From the human T2T-CHM13v2.0 reference genome, Homo sapiens, in the NCBI RefSeq assembly GCF_009914755.1, contig NC_060936.1: DNA of 64,000 bases. One strand, written 5' to 3'. Below the pieces are notes generated by a model. It ran no database searches and was not told the origin of the DNA. It saw only the letters and a program-made list of their open reading frames with translations. The stretch's first letter is position 1. Every line of letters starts with the position of its first letter. Below, one piece after another: positions 26,733 to 39,296 of this stretch. The position numbers were made by a program, and so were the translations under genes.

Positions 26733-27728
26733 TTTGGCTTATCTTTTGTTGCAAGACAGTTCATCCCAAACTTAAAGGCATAAAACAACAACCATTTTAT
26801 AATTGGATTAGTCCATTCTCACATTGCTATAAAGAAATACCTGAGACTGTGTAGTTTATAAAGGAAAGAGGTTTAATTGGCTCACAGTTCTGCAGGCTGT
26901 ACAGAACCATGATGGTTTCTGCTTCTGGGGAGGCTTCAGGGAGCTTCCAATCATGGCGGAAGGCAAAACAACAGGCATATCACATGGCAGGAACAGAAGC
27001 AAGAGAGAGAGCGGGGAGGCGGCACATACATTCCAATAACCAGATCTCACAATCCCACTCACTCACTGTCATGAGAAAAGCAGCAAGAGGATGGCGCTAA
27101 ACCATTCATAGACCACCTCCATGATTCAATTACCTCCCACCAGGCCCCACCTTCGACATTGGGGATTACTATTTGACATGAGTTTTTGGTGGGGACAAAA
27201 ACCTAGACCATAGGAATTATGCTTATGAATTATGTGGCTTAGGAATTTGAACAAAGAAGAGTAGAGAGGGCTTATCTCAACTTCATAGTATCTGGGTACT
27301 CCCCTAGGAAGATTAGAGCAGCTGGGCGTGACTCAAATGGATAGAGGTAGCTTAAATACCTGGAGACTGAAATCATCTGGAAGCTCCTTTACTCACATGT
27401 GTGGCACCTAGGCTGAGATAATTTGAAGGCTGGGTTCAACCAGAGCACCTACACAGAAATCTTCTAGGTTGTCTGGGCATCTCCCAGCATGGAGGCTGGA
27501 TTCCAAGAGGAAGTGCCCTTAGAGGAAACACCCTAAACAACAAGAGTTCCAAGAGAACCAGATGGAAGCTGCATAGTCTTTCCTGAAGTAGCCTCAAATG
27601 TTGTAGAGTGTTACTTTCCCCATATTCTATTTGTTGGAACAGTTCCAGTTGAAGGAGAGATCTCATAAACCCTATCTATGTATCAGGAATGTCAAAGGAT
27701 TTGTAGCCATTTATTCAAATTGCTATAT
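26733..27728 (-). mobile_element. MLT1G/H-like LTR split by MSTA
   Basis: cccaaacttaaaggcataaaacaacaaccatttt before MSTA; ttccaagagaaccagatggaagctgcat after it. Confidence 0.75.
26804..27215 (-). mobile_element. MSTA solo LTR
   Basis: attagtccattctcacattgctataaagaaatacctgagact; TSD ataat/attat. Confidence 0.92.
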
Positions 27729-29334
27729 TTGTCACATTACAAAATGTTCATCTATTATACTATCATATTTTCTCTGTAGGTTTCTAGGGGAGAAATTTCT
27801 TTCTGGTGTAACTGTCAGGTAAAATAAACTTTTTTGAGAAATTGGTATATTTTTACTTTGCGGTCACTTGAATTTTTTAAATTTCTCCTTCAAATTTGGT
27901 GAACTTTGAATATCTGTATAAGTTGTTATTTAAAATGTTTTTTGAGGAAGACAAAGTGTATATAAACAACTAAAATCTGTTTGTAGATGATTGTGGTTTG
28001 AATTTCATGTGTATTGGAAGTAAGGGCAGAAGGTGAAGATATGAAGACAGGTAAGGAGGGACTGGACCGGAAAGGCTGTGTGTGTCCTGCTAAGGACCGA
28101 GGCAGTGTAATTTACATAAATGTTATCTAGCTTTCGTTTCACCATCTTTCTATTTTTCACTTTAACATTGTGATTTAAGCACTAGCTTTTACAAAATTGC
28201 TTATTGAGGTAAACTAGAGTAGAACTCTGTGGTGAAGGAGCCATTCTATTTTTTATTTTTAATGTGTCATTGACTGAGATTTTTTGCAAAACATAAGAAG
28301 AAATTACAAGAAAAATGAAATGAAAAAAGACATAAAAATACAAGTCCAATTTTTTATTAGATTCAACAGTTACAAAATTACTATGTCATGTTGCTATATG
28401 GTTTCTAAATGTTTACCTTTAATTTCTGTATTTATCTCAGGTTGGCAACAAATGATTCATGGACCACCACTCATCTATAGACCAGACATTAGGTAACAAT
28501 GCCCTAGAGGATTAAATTTATGGAGAAAGAATCTCATTTTTCATACCTTGATCTCTTACCCCAAAACACAATTGCAATATACCCTGGGTGACCACCTCAG
28601 TCATTTTTCCAGCTTGTTTTTTTGTTTGTTTTATCAAGACTTGCATACAGCTTTCACTCAGTGATTTATGCAGAAAGGTTGGATTGCTCCAAATTGTCTA
28701 GGGATTTATTGGTGCCTTGCCCGTTGTTTAGCCTCAGCTGGTATTCCAGGCCTGGAACAAGTCTTCTGGTACTTAAGCAATGGCATATGCACACAATGCT
28801 CATAATTTATAGGCAGTCTTGTCCTTCATCCCACACTGCCTGCATTAAAAGATAAAGAGAAAATGGATCTATTTGAATTCTGTATGGGACGAAAGTAGAA
28901 GGTGGTTGTACATTGATGCCATATTATATTTGCCAAAAGAAAATTCTAAAAATATCATGTCTATAGAAAAATGTGTGTAGCTGAAGTATTTTTCTTTTAA
29001 TAAAGTGACTGAATTATTGCTAGAGTTTTGTGGTAGACTACATGCTACATGGATACTTTCCAAACTCTTTTTCCAAGAAAGAGAAAATAATGCAGTTTCA
29101 ATTGATATCAGAAGAATTTGCCAATCTTGGATGCCTCTTGAGGTTTGGCAACATGAGATTTGCATAACATTTCCCAAAGTGCATTTCAAGGGATTGGAGC
29201 TTTCTTATCCTGATTCTCATCCTTCAATAGACAGTTTCTCAGAATAAGACATTAATGAGAAAACTATGGTATACTAGCCCAGCGAACACAAGTATATTAT
29301 CAACTTGTTTACAGGTTAGTTTCCCTAAATGTAA

Positions 29335-29505
29335 TTGTTAACTCTTATTGTACATTGAAAACCTGGAGGAATTTTTAAAATGCTGGTGCCTGGGTCTTAT
29401 TCCCAAACCTGAATTCATTGTTCTGGAATAGAAGCTGGGCATGAACATTTTTTAAAAGCTCATATAATAATTCTACTGTTCATCAAGGTTAAGAATCACT
29501 GTCTA
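29335..29505. mobile_element. MER5-type DNA transposon
   Basis: acctggaggaatttttaaaatgctggtgcctggg...caaggttaagaatcactg. Confidence 0.65.
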
Positions 29506-29713
29506 AAACTAATACAATGATGGAAGAATCAATATAACTGGGGTCAAATTCTAGTCTCATTATGTTACAAGAAAATGTTGCTTCAATAATTGATGAAACT
29601 AATATATCGGTTTAATAAATTTATTGTTATATGTAAATACCCAATCAATTTGAGAAATCAAAATATGACAATAATTTACTGAGCACCATTACAGAATAAG
29701 TACATTTTCCAGT

Positions 29714-30098
29714 TGATATGGTTTGGCTGTATGTCCCCACCCAAATCTCACCTTGAATTGTAATCCCCATGTGTTGGGGGAGGGCGTGGTGAAAGGTGAT
29801 TGAATCATGGAGGCGGACTTCCCCCTCACTGTTCTTGTGATAGTGAGTGAGTTCTCATGAGATCTGGTTGTTTGAAAGTGTGTGGCACTTTCCCCTTCAC
29901 TCTCTCTTTCTCCTTCTCTGCCATAGTAAGATGTGCTTGCTTCTCCTTCGCCTTTCACCATGACTGTAAGTTTCCAGAGGCCTCCCAGTCATGGTTCCTG
30001 TTAAGCTTGCAGAACGGTGAGTCAATTAAACCTCTTTTCTTCATAAATTACCCAGTCTCAGGTAGTTTTTTTATAACAATGTGAGAAAGACTAATACA
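29714..30098 (+). mobile_element. MSTA solo LTR, inside a reverse MIR at ~29670-30260
   Basis: tgatatggtttggctg...gactaataca; TSD ccagt/ccagc. Confidence 0.93.
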
Positions 30099-30616
30099 CC
30101 AGCTTGTTCTCACAATATTAAGGCAGTTAGTTTATTATTACGATTTTTAGAATTAAAGACATTGAGGTACAAACAGCTCTTGAAAATGGTCTAGTGCCAT
30201 TTTTAAAAAGGGAAGAGCAGAAGGTCATATCTTGAGCTTTTTACTTTGAAGTCTAATATCATTTTATTTATTGAATACTTACTATTTTGAAGTAAATGAT
30301 TGTTTTCCACTAATACTTTTGGCTCAAATTATGCCACCGCTCTACCACCAGCCACCACCTCCCCAAAAATCAATCGGTTCTGAATTAAAACTTTAGCTTT
30401 TGAGTTATTCGTAATTTTCCCCTGGTCCATTTCTAACTTTAAGCATTTTCTCCCATTGTTTCCCATTTGAACATGGCTTCTTGTGGGCTACCTTCTGGTA
30501 CAGAAATCTGGCTTCAGGGGTGAACTCCTTGGTCCTTTAACTTGGTTTTTTTTTTTTTTTTTTTTTTTGAACCTGACTGCTTTTGCATTGGGAAAACCAC
30601 TCTATAAAACACCTGT

Positions 30617-30912
<296 letters not shown>

Positions 30913-31554
30913 GAAACATCTGCCACACACAAGTTCTAACTAAAAACATGGATAAAACAGTCAAAATCTTAACACTTAAATGACATTACTCCATCTTCTA
31001 AATGAGATCCCCATTTTATACAAGCACAAATTCAAATAAAACTGAAGAAGGTAACCATCAGTGACACAGCCAAAAAATATAAATTTCCATGTTGCTTCCT
31101 TTGCATTTCCACTCCTGCATAGGGCAAACAGAAATGTAAAAACAGAAATTTTAACCTCTATTTTCCATCATTAACAGGGCATGGGGATTATTCATGCGTT
31201 TGTTGGTTTAGTTGGTGAATGTGGTGTTTATGAGGTCCCTACAACAGAATAAAATTGCCTTAAGAGCTAGTTAGCTTCTTAAAAAAAAAACACCCTTTCA
31301 TGGTCACTAACTAGAACACCAGCTGTGCTTCACAAATGCACACCACTGGTCACAAATAAAGCAAGAAAATGTAATTGCAGTGGCACAACCAATTGACGTT
31401 ACCAGGAAAACACAATCATAACCAAGAAACCACCAGCTGCCAACACGCTAAGAAAGACAGAGTTTTGACAGGCAAATATATCTCTCATTAGTTGAATGTA
31501 AAATTCTCCATTGCTAATGATTACTATGCAAGTCACAGTTAGTGTGTTATTTTT

Positions 31555-31921
31555 AATATAATTTTTAATTGACAAGTAATTATATCTATAATGGGGTACA
31601 GGATGATGTTTTGATATATGTATACATCGTGGAACATTGATCTCATTTATAAGTAAAATCTAAAAAAGTCAAACCGTGGAAGTAGGGAGTAGAATGTTAG
31701 GTTACCAGAGACTGAGTGGGTGGGGTGGGGAAAGGGGAGATTTTGATCAAAGGGTACAAAGTTTCAGTTTGACAGGAGGAATACATTTTAGTAATCTATT
31801 GCACAGCATGGGAATTATAGTTAGTAATATGTATTGTATATTTCAAAATTGTTAAAAAAGTAGATTTTAAATGTACCCATCATAAAAAAGTTTAAATATG
31901 TGAGATGGTGGATGTATTAAC
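31555..31921 (-). mobile_element. L1MA (MA8/9-like) 3' fragment with 5' inversion
   Basis: 31555-31640 is the 3' terminus on minus; 31641-31921 is the upstream segment on plus; TSD tagtgt(g/c)ttattttt at 31540-31554 and 31922-31936. Confidence 0.85.
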
Positions 31922-32180
31922 TAGTGTCTTATTTTTAAATAATACATGTTACTCTGAAGTTGAGTTTTTATAATGTAAAATGTTATGAATATTTAAAAAT
32001 ATTTTCAATTATTCGATCAGTGCACACAACCTGGAGCAAAGAGATGTCAACGTAGACTTGAAAGCCTCAACAAACATCTATACATTCAAAATTCAGAGGA
32101 TAATTGCAGACTTACATGTTAAATGATGCCACAGGCTTGTGGTGAATGTACAAATCTAATTCCCTAAACCTATGATACTA

Positions 32181-32422
32181 CAGCTGACCCTTGAACAACA
32201 TGGGTTTGGACTACACGGTTCCAGCTATACACGATGTTTTTCAGCCAAACACAGATCAAAAATGCAGTATTTGTGGGATATGGAACTTACCTATATGGAA
32301 GGCTGACTTTTCTTATACTTTGGTTCCATGGGGCTGACTGCAAGATTTGAGTATGCTTGTATTTTGGTATACTCAGGCCAGCGCCCTGGAATCAATTCCC
32401 TGCATATACCCAAGGATGGTTG
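32181..32422 (-). mobile_element. MER8 (Tigger-family) DNA transposon
   Basis: ta|cagctgacccttgaacaacatgggtttg terminus; ~240 bp length; heavy CpG decay. Confidence 0.8.
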
Positions 32423-32939
32423 CATTTAGATAATCGGAGCATTACAATGCCATTTGTTATGCAAAGAACAGCTTCTATAATTTGTGAAATTTCAGTGAAA
32501 AATAAAATATAAAGATTTCACTCTATTAAACTCTATTATTACTAAGAAAATGAGAACTGAGTCTCAAAGGTAGTTAATACAACGTATTGATCCAGCAGAA
32601 ATAGCTATTCCTATGAATGCCAAAATGATTAGTCACTTTGTTATTAAATCAGCCTCACTGATTATTTTAGATATTATAAACGGAAGTGATTTTCAATTTT
32701 CAACCCAACCAGATGTTATTGGCGTGCATCAAACACAGATAAGAGTGAATCTACTCAGAAGAAAATCAAGGAGAATATAGCTAAAAATATGCTATGAGGC
32801 TAATGTTCTGTTTAAAGAAAGGCTTATTTGATATTTCTATAGTGTTGAATGACATTTTCCGGAAAAAAAATTGTTAAATTTTAAATAGATTATATAATGT
32901 AATACCAAAATTATTTCAATAATGTTATTAGAAATATGC

Positions 32940-33235
<296 letters not shown>

Positions 33236-35679
33236 AGAAATATGCATATTTTTGATTTTGCATTTTCTAGTCCATGTTTTCCATCATAAAATAGGTTTTT
33301 CCAAAAATTGAATTATTTATAAAAATTTAAAAAAATCCTTCATCTTTAGAATGTATTTTTTGAATTATCATTCGTTATACCAGAAGATACTTAATTTAAG
33401 AAACACATAATTTCCTTATTAATATTCTACAATAAATTTCTTAGGCTCATTGTTCTTTAATATATAGGCAAAAATATTTGGTGATTTCTTAAACAATTGG
33501 GTCCAAATACTGCCTTAATTTCATTTCCTACCAATGAATTCATTCCCTTAAAACCAGAGAGATTCCAGTTTTTTACACACGTTCCCCAAGAAACTGAATA
33601 TTTTAGGCTTACCACAAAACAGACAGTAATAAAATTATAAAAGCAGAGATGTACAAACATGACTCCAGAGGTCTCAAAATGTCTCTAACAGGGGATGCCT
33701 GACATTATGGCAAACTAAGCTTGCTAGATATTCAGCTTCTTACCACAAACACATTAAAAAATCATGACTAGAAGATAAAGATAAAATATTTAAATAAAGA
33801 CATTTTAATTACATACGTTAGCTCAAAAGAAAAAAAAAAGTGAAACATCTAAGCCAGAAGGATTAAATACATTTATATTCTGGCCACTTCTGGGGGAGTT
33901 GCATCCTGTTCTAGGTTTGGGACACTGGAGTTCTAATATTTTTAAGGACACAAAAGATGACTCTTCTAGCATGTGAAGACAGAAGAAACTGGAACTGAAC
34001 CCCTTACATAAAACCTAGAGCCTTTCAGATCTGTCCTATTGTTAATAGGAGAATAGAAAAAATGCCACAGAATGATCTGAGTAAGCAGCAATATAGCTCA
34101 TCTTGCTCAAGAGCTATTTTATGAAAAGAAAATAAGAGTCACAGGAGAAATCAAAATTCCAATAAAGATGTGAGCCCAGGTCTTTCTTATTTCAAAGCTC
34201 TTGATTTTTGCTTTGGTCTCTGCTGGCCTTCCTTTCTCTGAATTGTCTTTATGTTATGTAGAGTAAAGAGAGTTTTATTCTTGAACCCAGAACCAAAGCT
34301 ATACACAAACTATTCTCACAACTTTTTTTTTAAAGACATGCCATCCTATCGACCTTGTTAAATGATTTTTTTTGGAATGATAGGGCATTCCTCCTACTTT
34401 TCCTGCAATTATTTTCTAGCATAGATCTCAAAGATCTGCAAACTAGTAAACAATAAACCTAAAGCAGTAAAAACTTCAGACCCCTGCCTCCAAGCTTAAT
34501 TAAGTCAGAAATTGAATTCCATTATGTCATGGGATATGCCCTAGAGAATTGTATTGATTCTCTCCTCTACGCCCAAATGCACTTGAGCTAAAAGGCATCT
34601 TTGCAATCACAAAGCATCCCAGCCTGGAGAAAGCTATATTTTGAGAAAGAATGTAGGTAGGTATTCATATTAGATGTGGGAATCAAAGTCACCTTAAGTA
34701 CAATCTTGATGTTACACTTGTGTTTTAAAAAAATGGGAAGTTGGAGATGAACTCGTTCATGGAGCTCAGAATTATTTGCTGTTTGACCAATATTGTACCA
34801 TATAAGCCGTGTTATCTGTAAAACTATACATTCATGTATTAAATATGTATAAAAGGTAAGAGGATTGTTCTTTTATTGTGCACACATTTCCATGAGCTGC
34901 AAAGATGAGAATGTGATGGATGTAATAATACAGACATCAAATTTGTGGTTGTATGGGGAATATTCACTGCACCCACTGGAATTGATTCTAGGCTAGAATC
35001 TATAACTATTAGATGTAAGCATGTAGAGACCATCTCATTTTATTCCTAGTAACTGGCATTTCTTCCCACCAGGGTTTATCCTGAAGCTGATGATTGAAAA
35101 ATGAATCCTCAAACGTAAGATAACTGTTAAATACACCCACCCAATAGACTAATTGAAATATAATAACACAGTTTACAGGAATTAATTCTAGAGTAATTTA
35201 CAAGCTGGGGAAACTTAAATCAGGGACCCTAATCCAAAAGCAATATGGAATAGAATGGTGTTTTCTAAATCATAGTTGTTATGATAACACTTTCATGATT
35301 TTTCCATGTAAAATTTCTGAACTATATTTAATATTTTATTTAAAATCTACTCATTCTTTTTGTTAAGTACACTTATTTTAAGAAGAACTTTCATACTTCT
35401 GCCATATGTAAAAGTGGTGTCACCTGCTGTTCCATATTTGATGATCCACAAACATCTGTGACACTATTCACAGCTACAGTTTTAGGTAAGGATGTCTCAC
35501 TACTTGTGAAACCCAGAAGGCTGCCAAGTCTATCCAGTGGTGCCTTTCAGCATGCTGCTGGGTTAGTGTACATGATGAACAGATAGCATATTGAATGGTG
35601 CCTGGGATGTCAAAGGAGCCAAGGTTACATGCCACCTAAAGTCATCTCGCATATTATCTCTAGTATGGATACCATCAAA

Positions 35680-35930
35680 AGAAAAGAGACCTCAATTAGG
35701 AGTTCAGAAACCTAGGTTTCTGAGGCTAGTCCCAGTTCTACTAATAACTTACCTTGCCTTCGGGAAAGTCACATACCTCTCTGGAACTTCTCATTTGTAA
35801 AATGAGAGCTTCTTGGAACTTCTCATTTGTAAAATGAGAACAAACTCTGCCCTGCCTCCTCCAGAGCAAGATTTTTAGGATTAAATGAGATGGTCTGGTG
35901 GAAGTGCTTTGGAAATTCTAAAATGCAAGC
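35680..35930 (+). mobile_element. MIR with internal 32-bp-period duplication
   Basis: gggaaagtcacatacctctctg...ctcatttgtaaaatgag (twice)...aggattaaatgagat. Confidence 0.75.
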
Positions 35931-35939
35931 TATACATAA

Positions 35940-36290
35940 GCAAACCTTATTGTGTGTGCTTCTGCAAGCATGAAATGCCTGGTCAATGACTGGCAATGGG
36001 TGCACTTGAAAACATGTTGAAAATTTTGAAGCGATATAAAAATGAAGTATTATTACTGTTTTCTGGCCGCAACTTTTTTTTTGGCGCAAGCACAAAGTCA
36101 GCCAGCATTCATGCACTCTGTAGGTCTCATAACAGAACAAAGTGTACCTGTGTTTTCAAGACTTTAATCTTTGCAGCACAACTCTGTAATAACAATTAAT
36201 GGATATTAAACATCACTGTCTCACTGCGATTTCTGCCATCTTGTACAAGATTCCCTTGCTATGCTACGCGATCTTCCACCCTGTATGTTT
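35940..36290. promoter_or_regulatory. Candidate conserved non-coding or enhancer element
   Basis: No repeat recognised; six CpGs at 36030-36270 in a CpG-poor window; TTTGGCGC at 36080-36087. Inference only. Confidence 0.3.
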
Positions 36291-36564
36291 TTGCATTTCT
36301 CCCTTCTTACCTCCACTCTTGCCCACTCCACTTCTCTTGATTTCCATCTATTTCTTCCTCAGATTTTGTTTAGCTTATTTTTTTCTTTTATTTTTGTCTG
36401 TTATGAGTCCACACTCAATATCCTACATTGCATCTCTTGTTCATCGACATATTTTCCCAAGTAGAGAGTTAACTCTCTAAATACTGTTTACAGCTGCCAA
36501 TGTAAACATAAAGGAATATAATCCTTAATAAAAATATAAGTAATGTATAAACAATAAAAATACT

Positions 36565-36810
36565 ACTCAAAATTATTGAGAACTTACTATGTGCTGCGCA
36601 CTTTTTTATGTGATTTATACAAATGAACCCATTTAATCCTCTTAAAAGTACTTTGATCTAGGTATTATTATTTTATCCATTTTATATATAAGGAAACAGA
36701 AGCCCAGAGACATTACATATATTACCCAAAATTACATAGCTGTTAAGTATTAGAGCCAAAGTTCAAACTCTGACATTTTTACTCCAGAGTTTATGCTCTT
36801 AATATTATGA
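36565..36810 (-). mobile_element. MIR
   Basis: ttattgagaacttactatgtg...catttaatcctc...aggaaacagaagcccagaga...actccagagtttatgctcttaa. Confidence 0.8.
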
Positions 36811-37306
36811 TACAATGCACCCAAAACATGTGAAAACTGCTCCTATTAAATCTCAGGAACACACGCTACTCATTCTCTCAAAACAAATACTACGGAGAAT
36901 TATATTCCATGAAAAATGGCTTCATGCCAGTAATAAGAAAACAAAAAGTACAGAGATGGTCCTAAATAGATTGCAATACAATTGGAGAAAGAAATGTGAA
37001 TCTAATGAATGAAACTTCATTTTATGTCGCTAATATCTTTTGAATTTAAATGGAGATTTCCAGTTCTTTCACAGATAAACAATAGCATAGACATTTTCCT
37101 TTCATCTAAATTAATGAGTTTGGCTGTGTTTTTCAACGAATGTTAAAAATAGAAAGTATGACACATTGTATATATATTCTTTTTTTTCCTAATTACCAGT
37201 TTGTAAAGGAAAAGTGTTGAATAGGTAACTCAAAGTTTCAGAGAATTGAAATTGATGCTGGAAAGTAATTTTTTACAATTATGATTAACTTTTTCAATGG
37301 AGGCTT

Positions 37307-37345
37307 GTGTGTGTGTGCGTGTGTGTGTCTGTGTGTGTCTGTGTC
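37307..37345. repeat. Imperfect (TG)n
   Basis: Directly visible. Confidence 0.85.
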
Positions 37346-39007
37346 TACCATCTGCAATCTTCTGCTCCAAAGAGAGGGCACCTACAATTTGTCCAGGATA
37401 GTCTACACTCAGTCAATAAATGTTGTAAAATTTATGACAGTCAAATATAGATAAAACAATTCTCTAAGTTCTAATAGTAGCACATGTTTTATACACGTTA
37501 ACTTGCAATTTGGATAGATAACTTCCTAGAAAAGTATTTTTTAATGACAAACTCATCTATGCAAACCAGAAAAGGTGTTACAAAGCTGAGTTAAGATAGG
37601 GAAAAGGTGAAAACAATTATCTACCTTTACAGCATAAAAAATAATCATGATGTAAATTAGATTCTTTAGATAGGGAATAAATTAGCATTCACCCTTAAAT
37701 AATAGCTTAAAAGCAGACTACCTTCATAACTTCAGAAGTAAGGCAGGATGAACACATCCCTTTGCTTTGTTTGACACATTGGACAGATCGAAGTGTGCAA
37801 TGATCAGAGAGTTTGATGGTGGTTAGAGCCTAAGTTTGTTTTTCTATCTTCCTTTCTCATACTGTCTTCACGGGAGAGTGTCCATATGTATTGATCTTTC
37901 TTCACTAGTGGGCTTTCTTCTTACTGCTCTTCTTTGAGAGTTCTTAATTCTTTCATAAGTTATCACACTCCAACAAAGGAACAACCCAACCAAAGTGTAA
38001 TAATTCTGCTGTATGTGGGAAAGCATGTTTGCTTTGAAGAATTCTTCCTAGCTTGCCAGAAAGCCTTTCTCACAAAAGAGAAAGTTATTTCTACTAGGTT
38101 GAGTTTATGTGTTTTTGTCTTATGTTTCTAGATACTTAATATGAACTTGAGAAACTTTGAGAAGTTTGGAATTTCGTGAATTATGTGTGATTCAGGAAAA
38201 TAAACAAAATTTATCTAATTCAAACACGAAGACATGATTAACTTTAGAGAACTTGTTGACATTTTCAATGTGCACATCAAGGATTAGAAGATATATAAGG
38301 TAGGAAGTAAATGTCAGGAGAGAACAATTGTGGTTTGCTAAACACTGCATAAAGCCTAGGTTTTATGCTGTTTATACATCTTTACTGCTTTTTTTGAGCT
38401 CATAAAATCATGAAGTGTCCTGAGCTGAATTAATAGATGTTCTGTGTGGGTGTAAGGAAGTCATTTTAAAAGTATCATCTTGCAAGATGTTTAGTTTTTA
38501 ATTATCAATGACAAAGAAGAACAGGGACAAGATTACCTCATTTACCACTAGGTAATCTTTCATTTTAACACATTTAAAATGTTTTCATTTGACATCTACA
38601 GCCAGACTAAATGGTGGGCATCTATACAGAGGGCTTAGATTCAAAGGTAGAGGCATCTATATTTTCAGGACTGTAACTTAGTACCCACATTTAAACTGAT
38701 TTTATAATATCGAATATGTATTACACACCTGGTGGTGAACACTGGAGTAATTTAATATAGTGTCTCCCCATTATAAAAACCTATTACTTAAAAAGCTAAA
38801 TTTCCCATGGAATTCTGTGCAAACATCTTTCTTTAGTGTCACTTTTTGCTTTGCTTTAGAGGATTAAAGACGTTGTAATACATAATCTGATTATGTCAGA
38901 ATATAGGAGTCTTTTCTCCTCGTTTCAAACTTTGATATAATAGTTTCTTCTTTTAAGCTTTTTAAACTATATGATACTCAATAAAAAAAATTCACAGCTG
39001 AATTTCT

Positions 39008-39296
39008 CCTTTTATTTTCATTTTTTGAGATGGAGTCTCACTCTTTCACCCAGTTCAGTGGTGTGATCTCAGCAACCTCCACCTTCTGGGTTCCAGAGAT
39101 TCTCCTGCTTCAACCTCCCAAGTAGCTGGGATCACAGGCACGCTTGCCATGACACCTGGCTAATTTTTGTATTTTTAGTAGAGACAGGGTTTCACCATGT
39201 TGGCCAAGCTGCTCTCAAACTCCTGACCTCAAGTGGTCCACCGGCCTTGGTCTCCCAAAATGCTGGGATTACAGGTGTGAGCCACTGTGCCCAGCC
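39008..39296 (-). mobile_element. AluS (Sz-like) with small deletions
   Basis: TSD cacagctgaatttct at 38993-39007 and 39297-39311. Confidence 0.95.

Noticed and set aside
27780-28492. Small AG...GT units at 27780-27818 and 28441-28492
   Set aside because: Donors (GTAAAA, GTAACA) are weak and such pairs are common in AT-rich DNA
33690-35450. Possible very old L1 5' and hAT transposon relics
   Set aside because: Too diverged to assign family or boundaries by eye
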